Source: Synechococcus sp. UW140 (GTDB lineage Bacteria > Cyanobacteriota > Cyanobacteriia > PCC-6307 > Cyanobiaceae). From it: a stretch of DNA of 64,000 nucleotides. This document shows, one piece after another, positions 18,854 to 29,129 of the stretch. Numbering within the stretch: position 1 is the stretch's first letter; each line of letters opens with the position of its first letter. The DNA is taken from positions 24,560-88,559 of the forward strand of contig CALRXC020000002.1 of the NCBI GenBank assembly GCA_943372025.1. The letters are read 5' to 3'. The position numbers were made by a program, and so were the translations under genes. The notes under the pieces were generated by a model. That model was not told the DNA's origin. It made no database searches and was given only the letters and a program-made list of their open reading frames with translations.

Positions 18854-19989
18854 GCAGCTCTCCCTCCGCCGACGCCATCGTGGTGGGGGCCGGACCGGCC
18901 GGAGCGGCTGCGGCGTTTCACTTAGCCAGCGCCGGTCGGCGCGTGATCCTGCTGGAGCAGCAGGCGAGTCCAGGCCTGGCCAATCCCTGTGGTGGGGGCA
19001 TGGCCGCCTCGGTTCAGCGCTGGTTTCCCTTCGACCTCTCCCCGGCCGTGGACCAGGTGATCCGGCGGGTGCGGTTCACCTGGGCCCTGGAGGATCCTGT
19101 GACCGCAGAGCTTCCCGGTGATGCGCCCTTCTGGATCGTGCGCCGCCGGGTGCTGGATGCGTTCCTTAGCCGTCAGGCCCAGGAGGCTGGCGCCGAACTG
19201 CGCTGTTCCAGCCCGGTGGAGGCGATCGGCCGTGAGGATCAACTCTGGCAGGTGCGGCTGACGGGGGGTGAGACCCTCAGGGCCCCAGGCCTGGTGGTGG
19301 CGGATGGATCCGGCTCGCGTCACGCCGGGGCGCTGGGCCTCGGCCCTGCGCGTCCTCGCTTCGCCAGCACGGTGTCGGTGGAGGTGGATGGCCCGCTCCT
19401 CGAAGCCGATACAGCCCGCTTTGACTTCGGCCTGGTGCACCACGGCTTCTGCTGGGCCTTCCCCCGCCAGGGGGGCACCAGCATCGGGGTGGGCACCTTC
19501 ATCGGCCAGCAGCCCGCAGACGCCAATGCCGTGCTCGCCGCCCTGCTGCCCAGCCTCGGACTACCGCCCGACGCTGGGCAGCGCCGCTCCGGGCGACTTC
19601 GGATCTGGGATGGCCACCACCCACTGCACCGCGACGGCGTGGTGGTGGCGGGCGATGCCGCCTCCCTTTGCGATCCCTTCCTGGCCGAAGGGCTGCGCCC
19701 CTCTCTGATGAGCGGCAGCCGCGCAGGACAGGCCCTGGCGGGCTGGCTGGGGGGCGATGGCCAGGCCATGGCGGGCTACAGCGCCGCCATGCGCCACGAC
19801 TGGGGTGACTCGATGGCCTGGGGAAAACGGATCGCCCAAGTGTTCTACCGGGTGCCGAAGGTGGGCTATCAGCTCGGCATCAAACGCCCCACGGCTCCCC
19901 AGCGTATTGCCCAGATCCTCTCGGGGGAGATGGGCTACGGCGACATCGCCCAGCGAGTGATCCGGCGGCTGCTCTTCCAGAGAGGCTGA
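18850..19989 (+). CDS. Geranylgeranyl-reductase-family FAD-dependent oxidoreductase
   Basis: [25 protein letters not shown] and [17 protein letters not shown] start overlaps the frr stop. Confidence 0.9.
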   Translation: MSSSPSADAIVVGAGPAGAAAAFHLASAGRRVILLEQQASPGLANPCGGGMAASVQRWFPFDLSPAVDQVIRRVRFTWALEDPVTAELPGDAPFWIVRRRVLDAFLSRQAQEAGAELRCSSPVEAIGREDQLWQVRLTGGETLRAPGLVVADGSGSRHAGALGLGPARPRFASTVSVEVDGPLLEADTARFDFGLVHHGFCWAFPRQGGTSIGVGTFIGQQPADANAVLAALLPSLGLPPDAGQRRSGRLRIWDGHHPLHRDGVVVAGDAASLCDPFLAEGLRPSLMSGSRAGQALAGWLGGDGQAMAGYSAAMRHDWGDSMAWGKRIAQVFYRVPKVGYQLGIKRPTAPQRIAQILSGEMGYGDIAQRVIRRLLFQRG

Positions 19990-20367
19990 TCAATGGCGGA
20001 TGCAGTCCTTGAGATCGCGCAGACGCTGATCGATCGAGCCGAGTAGTTCGATGGCGAACATCGGTGATTCCTGTACGGCGAAAAGAAACTTCTCGCGATT
20101 CATCACCAGCAGCTTACAAGGGGTCACCGCTCGGGCATTGCCGTAACGGCGGTGATCATGGGTCACCAAGGCCCCAGCACCGAAAACATCGCCCGCCTGG
20201 ATGGTCTCGTGGCCGCTGTCGCCGTTCCAGGTGAGCTCCACGGTGCCTTCGAGAAGCCCGAACATGCAGTCTCCGGACTCACCGGAGAGGAAGATCGGAT
20301 CGCCGGTTTGGACGTTAATCACCTCGCCGGTGCTGGCAAGGGCGCGCATGGTGTCGAGGGCGTGCAC
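19990..20367 (-). CDS. Stand-alone cyclic-nucleotide-binding (cNMP) domain protein
   Basis: IFLSGESGDCMFGLLEGTVEL, GDVFGAGAL, RYGNARAVT and FLFAVQESPMFA. No HTH domain. Confidence 0.85.
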   Translation of the reverse strand: MHALDTMRALASTGEVINVQTGDPIFLSGESGDCMFGLLEGTVELTWNGDSGHETIQAGDVFGAGALVTHDHRRYGNARAVTPCKLLVMNREKFLFAVQESPMFAIELLGSIDQRLRDLKDCIRH

Positions 20368-20419
20368 TGTAGGGAGACTCCAACGCTCATCAGTCTGGCG
20401 CAGGGAGGACCTGTGGAGT

Positions 20420-21589
20420 TCAATGAGACAGGGTCAAGGGGGCCCCCAGGCCGCCACGGACATCCGCCGGCACCAAGCGGCCATCCTTATCGGTGTCGAG
20501 GGCGTCGAACACCGCATCGCTGCCCAGCCACTCCTCGCGGGTGATGCAACCATCGCCGTCGAGATCGTTGAGCAGGAAGATCTCATGAACGGCGTGGGTG
20601 AAGGCCGCGCCTCCCTCCAATTCCACCAGCCGGTGGGCCAACTGGGCCTCAAGGGTCTCGATGGCCTTGCTGAACCCGCGGATGCCTTCTTCAAGCTTTT
20701 CGGTGGCCATCGGATCGGCCGCCATCCGCTCGATGAAGCTTGCCTGGTCGATGCTGATGCGCGCTTCGGTGCTGCCTGGTGCGGTGGCATCCAGCTTGCG
20801 TTGCAGAGCTCCTTCGGTGCTGCGTAGCTGGTCCATCAGGGCCGGCGCAATGGTGAGCAGGTCGCAACCGGCCAGTTCGATGATCTCGTCGATGTTGCGG
20901 AAGCTGGCGCCCATGACCTCGGTGCGATAGCCATAGGTCTTGAAATAATCGAAGATCTGGGTCACGGAGATCACGCCAGGATCCTCCCGACCGGGATAGG
21001 TCTCACGGCCCGTGCTCTTCTTGTACCAATCGAGGATGCGCCCCACGAATGGGGAGATCAGCGTGACACCGGCCTCAGCACAGGCCACCGCTTGGGCGAA
21101 ACCGAACAGCAGGGTGAGATTGCAATGAATGCCATCCTTCTCGAGACGCTCGGCGGCGCGAATCCCCTCCCAGGTGGAGGCGATCTTGATCAACACGCGC
21201 TCACGCCCGATGCCGGCCTGTTCATAAAGACCAATCAACTTATGAGCCTTTGCCACCGTGGCCTCGGTGTCATAACTCAGGCGCGCGTCAACCTCGGTGG
21301 ACACGCGGCCGGGCACGATCTTGAGGATCTCCTTGCCGAAAGTCACGCTGATTTCATCAAGGGCCTCGCTCACCACCCCATCGGCACCGGCCTCGCTGCC
21401 GATCGCCTCACGGGATTCCCGAAGGGAACGATCGATCAAATCCTGGTAAGCCGGAATCTGGGCGGCCGCCAGGATCAATGATGGATTGGTGGTGGCATCC
21501 CGGGGGGTGAACTGCCGAATAGCCTCAATGTCGCCGGTGTCGGCAACCACCACGGTCATGGCAGCCAGTTGGTCGAGCAGGTTGGCCAT
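20420..21589 (-). CDS. tal: Transaldolase with C-terminal EF-hand pair
   Basis: [31 protein letters not shown] and [10 protein letters not shown]-hand loops [12 protein letters not shown] and [12 protein letters not shown]. Confidence 0.97.
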   Translation of the reverse strand: MANLLDQLAAMTVVVADTGDIEAIRQFTPRDATTNPSLILAAAQIPAYQDLIDRSLRESREAIGSEAGADGVVSEALDEISVTFGKEILKIVPGRVSTEVDARLSYDTEATVAKAHKLIGLYEQAGIGRERVLIKIASTWEGIRAAERLEKDGIHCNLTLLFGFAQAVACAEAGVTLISPFVGRILDWYKKSTGRETYPGREDPGVISVTQIFDYFKTYGYRTEVMGASFRNIDEIIELAGCDLLTIAPALMDQLRSTEGALQRKLDATAPGSTEARISIDQASFIERMAADPMATEKLEEGIRGFSKAIETLEAQLAHRLVELEGGAAFTHAVHEIFLLNDLDGDGCITREEWLGSDAVFDALDTDKDGRLVPADVRGGLGAPLTLSH

Positions 21590-21659
21590 CGAATCGGCAG
21601 CCCCGTAGAAGGCAGATCATTGGCAAGTTAGCCAGCACGGGCGCTGCTGGGGATAGCAA

Positions 21660-23513
21660 TCAGCGGGCGGGTGCGGGTTTCGCCATGGCCGCGACCGGTG
21701 CGCTTGGCGCGATCTGCTCCAGAACCAGCAGGGCTTCCACGATCTGACGGGCCACCGGAACCGCCACCGTGGCGCCATAGGCGTTACCTCCCTGGGGTTC
21801 ATCCACCACCACCAGCACCACATAGCGTGGATTCTCCACCGGCAGCACGGCCACAAAACTGCAAATGCGCGCACCAGGGATGTACACGCCGTTGTGGGCC
21901 TTCTGAGCCGTACCGGTCTTGCCGCCTATTCGGTAGCCGGGGATCTGAAGGCCCTTGCCGCTGCCCTTCTGCACCACCGTCTCCATCCAGTTGATCACCG
22001 TGCGCGTCACCTTCGGATTGAGAAGCTGCACGCCGGTCGGGGTGCCTTGGCTGGCCAGGGCATCACCGGATCGCAGGCCACGGGTGATGTGCGGACTCAC
22101 CAGGCGTCCGCCGTTGGCAAGCATGCCGTGTAGCTGAATCAGTTTGAGCGGGGTGAGCGAGAAACCCTGGCCGAAGGCGGCGGTGGCCGGCTCGATCGCA
22201 CCGCCGGTGAAGTCGGCACGGCTCTTCAACTGACCCGCCACGGCCCCTGGCAGGTCGGTGTCGGGCACCACATCGATCCCAAGGGTATGCAGCCACTCCC
22301 AATAACGCCTGCGGTTGAGCTGCGCCATCGCCTGCACCATGCCCACATTGCTCGACACCTGCAGCACGGTGGGGAAATCGATCTGGCCGTGGCCGCTGCG
22401 GTCTGCATTGAAGATCGGCCAGCCTCCAATAGTCAGTTGCCCCCCGTCGTAGACGCTGCCCTGGGGATTGATGGCCTTCTCCTGAAGGGCCAGGGCGAGA
22501 TTGATCGGCTTGAAGGTCGAGCCTGGTTCGTAGAGGTCCTGCACGGACCATTCCCGGAATAGACCGGGATCGAATGTCCAGTAGGCGTTGGGGTCGTAGG
22601 TGGGGGTGGAGGCCAGGGCCAGCAGTTCACCGTTACTGGCATCCATCACCAGCGCGGCGCCCCGCTTGGCGCCCCACTGCTTGACCTGGCGCGCCAGGGC
22701 TTGCTGGGCCACCTGCTGGAGTCGGGCATCGAGGGTCAGCTGAAGGCGGAGATCATCGCCGTAGAGAGAACCGGCCGCCAACCCATCGGGCAGGGGCGTG
22801 CCATCGGCGCCCCGCCTCAAGCTGAAGCGGGATTCCTGACGCTGCAGATCGCGGTCGCGACTGAGTTCCAGACCCGCTTGGGGCTTCCGCTCGAGATTGA
22901 GGAAACCCACTACGTTGGCGAACAGACCAGCCTGGGGATAGACCCGCTGGGGATAGGCCTCTAGATCAAGGCCGCTGATGCCAAGCTTGCGAACTTGGGC
23001 GGCGGTTTCCGGGTCAAGATTGGTGGCCAGCTTCACACCGCTGGATCGGCTGCCCATCAGTTCGAGCAGGTCACCGCTGGGCCTGGCCAGCACCACGGCC
23101 AAGCGCTGGGCGACATCGACCGGGGTGCGCACGAGCTGGGGGGAATCTCCAGGGACATTGAAATAGCGGGGGTGGGCCCAGAGGGTGAAGCGCTCTTCAT
23201 CGATGGCCACCAGCCGTCCCATCCGGTCGACCACGGTGCGCCGTTCGCCGATCGGATCGATGGATTGAGTCTGGATCGAACGGGCGCGTGCCAGCAGACG
23301 GTTTCCATCCACCAGTTGCAGCCAGGCGAGCCGTCCCGCCAGCCCGGTGAGGGCTGCCGTGAGCAACAGGAACACGGCCAGCAGCCTCTGGGGGGAACAG
23401 GGTTGGATCGGAACAACCCGATGTCCGGCGGGTCGGGGCCCCCGATCGTGACGACGGCGCAGGTCGGTGACGGGGCCCCCGGGGGGGTGGCGACGGGTGG
23501 AGGCCCTTGCCAT
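21660..23513 (-). CDS. ftsI: Penicillin-binding protein, class B (FtsI/PBP3)
   Basis: N-terminal TM, EPGSTFKP (SxxK), SSNVG (SxN) and GGKTGTAQK (KTG). Start ATG at 23513. Confidence 0.95.
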   Translation of the reverse strand: MARASTRRHPPGGPVTDLRRRHDRGPRPAGHRVVPIQPCSPQRLLAVFLLLTAALTGLAGRLAWLQLVDGNRLLARARSIQTQSIDPIGERRTVVDRMGRLVAIDEERFTLWAHPRYFNVPGDSPQLVRTPVDVAQRLAVVLARPSGDLLELMGSRSSGVKLATNLDPETAAQVRKLGISGLDLEAYPQRVYPQAGLFANVVGFLNLERKPQAGLELSRDRDLQRQESRFSLRRGADGTPLPDGLAAGSLYGDDLRLQLTLDARLQQVAQQALARQVKQWGAKRGAALVMDASNGELLALASTPTYDPNAYWTFDPGLFREWSVQDLYEPGSTFKPINLALALQEKAINPQGSVYDGGQLTIGGWPIFNADRSGHGQIDFPTVLQVSSNVGMVQAMAQLNRRRYWEWLHTLGIDVVPDTDLPGAVAGQLKSRADFTGGAIEPATAAFGQGFSLTPLKLIQLHGMLANGGRLVSPHITRGLRSGDALASQGTPTGVQLLNPKVTRTVINWMETVVQKGSGKGLQIPGYRIGGKTGTAQKAHNGVYIPGARICSFVAVLPVENPRYVVLVVVDEPQGGNAYGATVAVPVARQIVEALLVLEQIAPSAPVAAMAKPAPAR

Positions 23514-24001
23514 CAGTAGCCAGCAGGAATGGCCTGGCGCGGCAGGGTGGCCAAGAGGGAGAGACCCCGGGACGAAGCGGTGACGGGAGGAGGAGCCAGA
23601 TGGAGCAACTGCTGACTGCTTGTGGGCACCAGCTGCCCGGGGCGACGGACTGCGGAGAGATGGTGGTGCTCGAGCAGGGCGGCCGATTCCTGCAGCTTCT
23701 CCTCCAAGGACCGGGAGGCCTGCAACTGGTTGTAATTCGCCGCCCAAACGCTCTGCCAGTGGAAGCTAAGGGCACTCAGGCCGACCACCGAAACACCGAG
23801 ACCGGTGAGCACCCCCGTGGTGATGCGGTGCAGCCCGGCCAGTAGAGGGGACTGGCGCTCAACCCGCCGGGCGGAAAGGGAACCCTGGAGCACCCGCAGG
23901 GACCCCGAGGGGCGCGAACGACGGCCGGCCCGATCGGCAGGGAAGGGGAGGCGGAGACCGGCCCGGTCCGTTGATGGGTCGGAGGTGAAGAGGGCGACCA
24001 A
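23513..24001 (-). CDS. Bitopic TM plus coiled-coil protein upstream of ftsI (FtsL-like)
   Basis: One TM helix (GVLTGLGVSVVGLSALSFHW) followed by heptad-like NYNQLQASRSLEEKLQES. Its TGA overlaps the ftsI ATG. Start uncertain (TTG at 24001). Confidence 0.75.
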   Translation of the reverse strand: MVALFTSDPSTDRAGLRLPFPADRAGRRSRPSGSLRVLQGSLSARRVERQSPLLAGLHRITTGVLTGLGVSVVGLSALSFHWQSVWAANYNQLQASRSLEEKLQESAALLEHHHLSAVRRPGQLVPTSSQQLLHLAPPPVTASSRGLSLLATLPRQAIPAGY

Positions 24002-24069
24002 GAACGAATGGAGACGCTGCGCAAGTGAACCACCCAACGACCCCGCCGGCAAGCCGGCGCAGCGGCTCG

Positions 24070-25494
24070 TCAGCTCCCCAGCAAAAGCAGATTCGCAAAG
24101 GTGAGACCGTTCCAGAGGGCGTGCAGCAACACACAGGAAGCCAGGCGCCCCGAGCGCAGGCGCAGCACCCCCAGTCCGGTGCCCAGCAGGAACAGCGGTA
24201 TCCATTCCGCCAAGCTGAGGTGGGCGGCTGCGAACAGGCCCGCGCTGAGCAGCACCGCGCCGGGGGGCCCGAGCCAGGTGCCGAGGACCGGCAGCAGCAC
24301 CCCCCGGAAGAGGATCTCCTCAAAGAGGGGCGCCACCACCACGGCGGTGACGGCAAAGCAGGCCAGTGCCCAGGGGTCGGAGCCCTGGAGCACCAGTTCG
24401 AGCATCGGATTGCTACCGCCGGGGTCACGCCAAAGGGTCTCCACAAGCCAGCCTCCCAGGGCCACCACCGGAAGGACTAGCAACAGCATCTGCACGGCCT
24501 GACGGAGGGCGGTGGCCGGGGGGCGCCAGCCCCACTGAAGCCAGCCGCCGGCCGGAACCCCGCCGGCACCGCTGAGTAGGCGCCAAAGCAGCAGCAGGGG
24601 CACCACCGTGAGGGAGAGGTAGAGGAGGAGTACCTCAAGACCCTGGGCTAGGGCGGCCGATCCGGTCACGCTGAGCAGGGTGCTTTGGAGAGCCCGCTGA
24701 AGCAGCTGAGGCAGCAGAACTTCTCCGGTTAGCACGAAGCCGCCGGCGATCAGGAGTGTGGTGTCCACCAGGCCCAAGGGCGGCCCTACCAGGGGTGGGG
24801 AAGAGGCCAGCCGGCCGCGGGCCAGCAACCAGAACTCCCGGCCCAACAGCAGCACCCCCGCCATCAGGAGGATCACGGGCATCAGGCTGACCGCCAGAAG
24901 CCGCAGCAGGAGCAGCTGGCGAGCGCGGAAGGCGGGGCACTGGCGCTGCGGGCCACCAAGCTTCTCGCAGCTGAGCTGGCGCACCAGCAGGGGAGCCCGC
25001 CATGGCTCCAAAACCCCCTCCAGGTTGGCTGGCGGCAGAGTGTCTTCCCTCAGCAAGGCTTCCAGGAGCGGGCGGCGGGGTGCCTCCACCATGGGAAGCA
25101 GCTCCCGCAGCCTGGCCTCGGCGCGGGCCGGATCCGACGCGCGTTCCAGCAGGGCCAGCTTTAACCCTTGCAGCGCCGGAGCCGGGGAATCCCCTCCATC
25201 CACCTGGAGGGCGAGCTGCTCCAGCAGCTGGGAGCGGGGGGCTTCCCCTGCCACCAGGGTGGTGAGCTTCGATGGAGCCACATCGGCCACCAGGGTGGCC
25301 AACTCGAGCTGGTGCAGATCGAGATCCCCTCCCACCGAGGGACGCGTGAGGCTGCTGGCCAGGCCCTCAAACCAGAGCAGGGCGCTCAGGGAGAGGCTGA
25401 GCAGGGCGAGCAGCACCTTCCAGCTGGGCGCAGGCGCTGCGGCCGGGGGGGAAGGGGGCAGGCCCGGTCGGGGTTGGTTCAACCGCAGCCTCAT
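24070..25494 (-). CDS. CPBP (CAAX/Abi) family intramembrane metalloprotease
   Basis: APLFEEILFRG, FAAAH and HALWN motifs, with multiple TM segments. Confidence 0.93.
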   Translation of the reverse strand: MRLRLNQPRPGLPPSPPAAAPAPSWKVLLALLSLSLSALLWFEGLASSLTRPSVGGDLDLHQLELATLVADVAPSKLTTLVAGEAPRSQLLEQLALQVDGGDSPAPALQGLKLALLERASDPARAEARLRELLPMVEAPRRPLLEALLREDTLPPANLEGVLEPWRAPLLVRQLSCEKLGGPQRQCPAFRARQLLLLRLLAVSLMPVILLMAGVLLLGREFWLLARGRLASSPPLVGPPLGLVDTTLLIAGGFVLTGEVLLPQLLQRALQSTLLSVTGSAALAQGLEVLLLYLSLTVVPLLLLWRLLSGAGGVPAGGWLQWGWRPPATALRQAVQMLLLVLPVVALGGWLVETLWRDPGGSNPMLELVLQGSDPWALACFAVTAVVVAPLFEEILFRGVLLPVLGTWLGPPGAVLLSAGLFAAAHLSLAEWIPLFLLGTGLGVLRLRSGRLASCVLLHALWNGLTFANLLLLGS

Positions 25495-25669
25495 GGCGGA
25501 AGGTGGGGCGATTCTCCCCTGTTCCCAGCCGGGACGGACGACTCCCGGGGCCAAGGCCGCCCCCTTCCTCCCGGCCCGGCGCGGGCCTACCCGGCATGGA
25601 AAGGGGGACCCGGGCAGCGGGCCCCACGAAACCGCTCCCATACGATGGGATCCCCGCGACGCAAGACCC

Positions 25670-27013
25670 GTGCCCCTCCGGATCCTGCTCGTTCGTCATG
25701 GCCTGAGCAGTTTCAACAAGGAACGCCGGATCCAGGGCCGCGACGACCTCTCCACGCTGTCTGAGGAAGGCGTCCAGCAAGCCCGCCGCACCGGCGCTGC
25801 CCTCTCGGATGTGCCCCTCAAGGCGATTTATAGCTCCCCCCTGCAGCGCGCCCGCGAGACGGCCGCCCTGCTGCTGGAGGCCCATGGTTCCCCCCAGGAC
25901 CCGCTCCATGTGGAGGAACTCCTGGAAATCGACCTCGCTCCCTGGAGCGGCCTGCGGCGAGACGATCTGCTGGTACACGCTCCTGAACAGGAGCGCCGTT
26001 GGCGGGAGGCTCCAGAAACGTTGGAGCTCGAGCATCCCGACGGCAGGCGCTACCACCCCCTGCTGGAGCTGATGGACCAGGCCGGGCGCTTCGCCGATCG
26101 CCTCCTGGCCGACCATCTGGACAGTCTCGAAGCTGCCGGCACCGAGACGGTGTTGGTGGTGGCTCACAACGCCATCCTCCGTTGCCTGATGCTGCAGCTG
26201 CTGGGGCTGCCGGTGGCGCGCTTCCGTCGGCTCCGCCTCGACAATGCCGCCCTCTCGGTGCTCAACATCAGTCGCACTGCCGATGGGGAGCTGGATGTGC
26301 AGATCGAGTCCCACAACGGCACGGCCCATCTTGAGGAGGCCCTGCCGCCGAAGGGCCCCGGCCCCCGCCTGCTGCTGGTACGCCACGGAGAAACCGACTG
26401 GAACCGCCAGGGCCGCTTCCAGGGGCAGATCGACATCCCCCTCAACGCTAACGGCCTGGCCCAGGCGGAAGCGGCAAGGTTCTTTCTGGCGGAGGTGCCG
26501 ATCCAGCGGGCCTACACGAGCACGATGGCCCGCCCCCGCCAGACGGCCGAAGTGATCCTGCGCTCCCACCCCGGCGTGCCCCTCACCAGCAGCCGTGGCC
26601 TGATGGAGATCGGCCATGGCCTCTGGGAGGGGTGCCTTGAGCAGGACATTGCCGAAGGCTGGCCCCAACTTCTGCGCGACTGGAAACGAGCCCCCGAAAC
26701 GGTTCAGATGCCCGAGGGGGAAACGATCCAGCAGGTGTGGGACCGTTCCCTGGCCACCTGGAACCACATTGTGGCGGGCCTCGATCCCGGCGAAACGGCT
26801 CTGGTGGTGGCCCACGATGCGGTGAACAAGACCATCCTCTGCGCCCTCCTCGGCCTCACGCCGGCCGACATCTGGACGGTGAAACAGGGCAATGGGGGGG
26901 TGACCGTGATCGATTACCCCACCGGGGCAACCGGCACCCCAGTGGTGGCCTGCCTCAACCTCACCGGCCACCTGGGGGGAGTTCTCGACCGCACCGCAGC
27001 TGGCGCGCTCTGA
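25670..27013 (+). CDS. Tandem-domain histidine phosphatase family protein
   Basis: Two RHG motifs (LLVRHGLSSFN, LLVRHGETDWN), with VVAHN and VVAHD. Start GTG at 25670. Confidence 0.93.
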   Translation: MPLRILLVRHGLSSFNKERRIQGRDDLSTLSEEGVQQARRTGAALSDVPLKAIYSSPLQRARETAALLLEAHGSPQDPLHVEELLEIDLAPWSGLRRDDLLVHAPEQERRWREAPETLELEHPDGRRYHPLLELMDQAGRFADRLLADHLDSLEAAGTETVLVVAHNAILRCLMLQLLGLPVARFRRLRLDNAALSVLNISRTADGELDVQIESHNGTAHLEEALPPKGPGPRLLLVRHGETDWNRQGRFQGQIDIPLNANGLAQAEAARFFLAEVPIQRAYTSTMARPRQTAEVILRSHPGVPLTSSRGLMEIGHGLWEGCLEQDIAEGWPQLLRDWKRAPETVQMPEGETIQQVWDRSLATWNHIVAGLDPGETALVVAHDAVNKTILCALLGLTPADIWTVKQGNGGVTVIDYPTGATGTPVVACLNLTGHLGGVLDRTAAGAL

Positions 27014-27023
27014 ACCTTCGCCA

Positions 27024-28334
27024 ATGCTCGCCCCCCTTCTGCTGCGGCAGGTGAACCTGCTGGAGGGCCCCGACAGTCCTGAACGACGGGCCGATGTGCT
27101 GCTGGAAGGCACGCGCTTGGCCAGGATCCTGGGCAACCCCGTGGCCGGGGAGCCATACAGCCCGGAGGTGATGGCGGGGTTGGGGAGCCCCGTGGAACTC
27201 GAGGCCTCACACCTGTGGCTGGGCCCGGCCCTCGTTGATCCCCACAGCGTTCTGGAGGATCCCCGGCTCGGCAGGGCCGAAACCCTCGCCTCCCTGGCCG
27301 ATGCGGCCCGGTTCGGGGGCTACGGCACCGTGGCCCTGCTTCCCTGGGCCCGACCCTGGCGAGACCGACCGGAGAGCCTGGATCTGGCCTGGCCCGAACC
27401 CCTCAGGCTCCTGCTCTGGGGCTCCTTCAGCCAGGGGGGGGAGGACCGGGAGCTGGCCCCCCATGCCGACCAACTCGCCGCCGGGGCTTGCGGATTGGCG
27501 GGATCCACCACCATGCCACCCCTGGCCCTGCTGGAGCGGGGCCTGCGCTTGGGGGAGAGCGGGCCCCATCCGGTGCTGGTGGCCCCGCGCGATCTCTCCC
27601 TCACCCAGCAGGGTTTTGTGCGCGAACGGGTGGAAGCGCTGCGGGGCGGCTGGCCGGTGGACCCGGTCCTCAGTGAGCTTCTTCCGCTCCAGAGCCTGCT
27701 CACCCTCGCCGATGCCCTGCCGGATGCCTGCCTACGGCTGATGAACCTCTCCACGGCCGAGGGTGTGGAGCTGCTGCGTCAGCGGCGGGGCCAGCCCCAG
27801 GCCAGCGTGGGCTGGTGGCACCTCCTGGCCGACAGCGGCAGCCTGGATCCCTCCGCCGAGGGCTGGCGGATGGTGCCCTCCCTGGGGGGTCCCGCTGACC
27901 GGGAAGCCCTGATCGCCGGCCTGGCGGATGGCACCCTCAGCGCCGTGGCGGTGCAGCACGAGGCCCTCGACGCGGAGGAGCGCCTGCTGCCCCTCGACCA
28001 GCGCCGACCCGGGCTGGCCGGCCACGGCCTGGTGCTGCCCCTGCTCTGGGATGCCCTGGTGGCCGGGGGAACCTGGAGTGCCCGGCAGTTGTGGCAGGTG
28101 TTGTGCTGGGGTCCCTGTGGCTTTCTGGATCTGCCGCCCTCCCGGCTGGAGGCCGGAAGCGGCGACTGGATCCTGTTCGACCCGAAAGCGCCGGGAGGAT
28201 TCACTCCCAACCTTGATCCTTCCCTGGCGGCCAACCGTCCCGAAGCAACGCAGGGGCCATTCCAGGGCCGGGTGGTGGCCTCGGGCCTCAGCGAGCCGAA
28301 GGACTGGCTGGTCCCAGTCCCCCCATCGTGCTGA
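27024..28334 (+). CDS. Dihydroorotase-like amidohydrolase-fold protein, probably catalytically degenerate (PyrC'-like)
   Basis: Overall DHOase layout (GPALVDPH, AARFGGYGTV, LSTAEGVELL, DREALIAGLADG). The metal-binding HxH and ATDHAPH motifs are altered. Confidence 0.8.
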   Translation: MLAPLLLRQVNLLEGPDSPERRADVLLEGTRLARILGNPVAGEPYSPEVMAGLGSPVELEASHLWLGPALVDPHSVLEDPRLGRAETLASLADAARFGGYGTVALLPWARPWRDRPESLDLAWPEPLRLLLWGSFSQGGEDRELAPHADQLAAGACGLAGSTTMPPLALLERGLRLGESGPHPVLVAPRDLSLTQQGFVRERVEALRGGWPVDPVLSELLPLQSLLTLADALPDACLRLMNLSTAEGVELLRQRRGQPQASVGWWHLLADSGSLDPSAEGWRMVPSLGGPADREALIAGLADGTLSAVAVQHEALDAEERLLPLDQRRPGLAGHGLVLPLLWDALVAGGTWSARQLWQVLCWGPCGFLDLPPSRLEAGSGDWILFDPKAPGGFTPNLDPSLAANRPEATQGPFQGRVVASGLSEPKDWLVPVPPSC

Positions 28335-29043
28335 AGGGATAGAAGCGGTAGAAGGCCCGGCCGATGATCTCGTTACGGGGCAGGAAGGGCCCCCCCGGCC
28401 AGAAGCGGGCATCCCAGCTGTTGGCGCGGTTATCACCGAGCACCACGATGTGCCCCGGTGGAACGACCACGTTCAGGGTGCGACAGGGACCCAGGCCGCG
28501 GGAATCCACCGGACAGGTGGTGCGGACGTAGGGCTCCACCAGGGGCTTGCCATCAATACTGACCCTGCCGCGGGGATCCACCGCCACCCGTTCCCCGGGC
28601 AGTCCCACCACCCGCTTGATGTAGGCGTCACAGGCCGGCTGCTCGAGCCCGGGGAGCGAACCGATCAGGGGGAGGTTCACGAGCAGACACTGCAGGGGCC
28701 CGGCGCCGCTACCCTGGGAGAGCAGCACCGGGTCAAAGTGCTGAGGGGCGTGAAACACCACGATCTCGCCGCGGTGGGGCAGGCGGTTGCGGTAGCTGAG
28801 CTTCTCCACCAGCAGCCGATCCTGGAGCTGCAGCCCTGGCAGCATCGAACCGGAGGGGATGTAACGGGCCTCCACCAGGAACTGACGGATCCCCAGGGCT
28901 ATCGCCAGGGTGATCAGAACGCTGCGCCAGAACTCCCAGGCGCTCTCTTCAGAAGCCGGCGGAGCCGGGTGCTCCCCGGAGGGGGAGGGGGTATCGCCAG
29001 GCCCGGAATTCGCCGAGGAGGGATCCGGTACGAGGGGATCCAT
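28288..29043 (-). CDS. lepB: Signal peptidase I
   Basis: YIPSGSMLPGL (catalytic Ser), DRLLVEK, YIKRVVGLPGE (catalytic Lys) and GDNRANSWDAR. Confidence 0.96.
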   Translation of the reverse strand: MDPLVPDPSSANSGPGDTPSPSGEHPAPPASEESAWEFWRSVLITLAIALGIRQFLVEARYIPSGSMLPGLQLQDRLLVEKLSYRNRLPHRGEIVVFHAPQHFDPVLLSQGSGAGPLQCLLVNLPLIGSLPGLEQPACDAYIKRVVGLPGERVAVDPRGRVSIDGKPLVEPYVRTTCPVDSRGLGPCRTLNVVVPPGHIVVLGDNRANSWDARFWPGGPFLPRNEIIGRAFYRFYPFSTMGGLGPASPSAR

Positions 29044-29129
29044 GGGCGTCTTGGTTGGCGTCAAGGCACTCCTGGGGCGGCGATCGTTGTAGCCAGGCAG
29101 ATTAGACGCACCTTGGGGGGATCCCTTCG

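Noticed and set aside
23476-23487. C5G7 homopolymer run near the ftsI 5' end as a phase-variation tract
   Set aside because: It is in-frame within a probably essential gene (encodes PPGGP) and is unremarkable at this GC content.
24758-25669. 300-aa upstream extension of the histidine phosphatase ORF, and similar extensions of the S1, ftsI, M32, ClC and L,D-TPase ORFs
   Set aside because: They overlap neighbouring genes, are low-complexity, and better starts lie next to the conserved domains.
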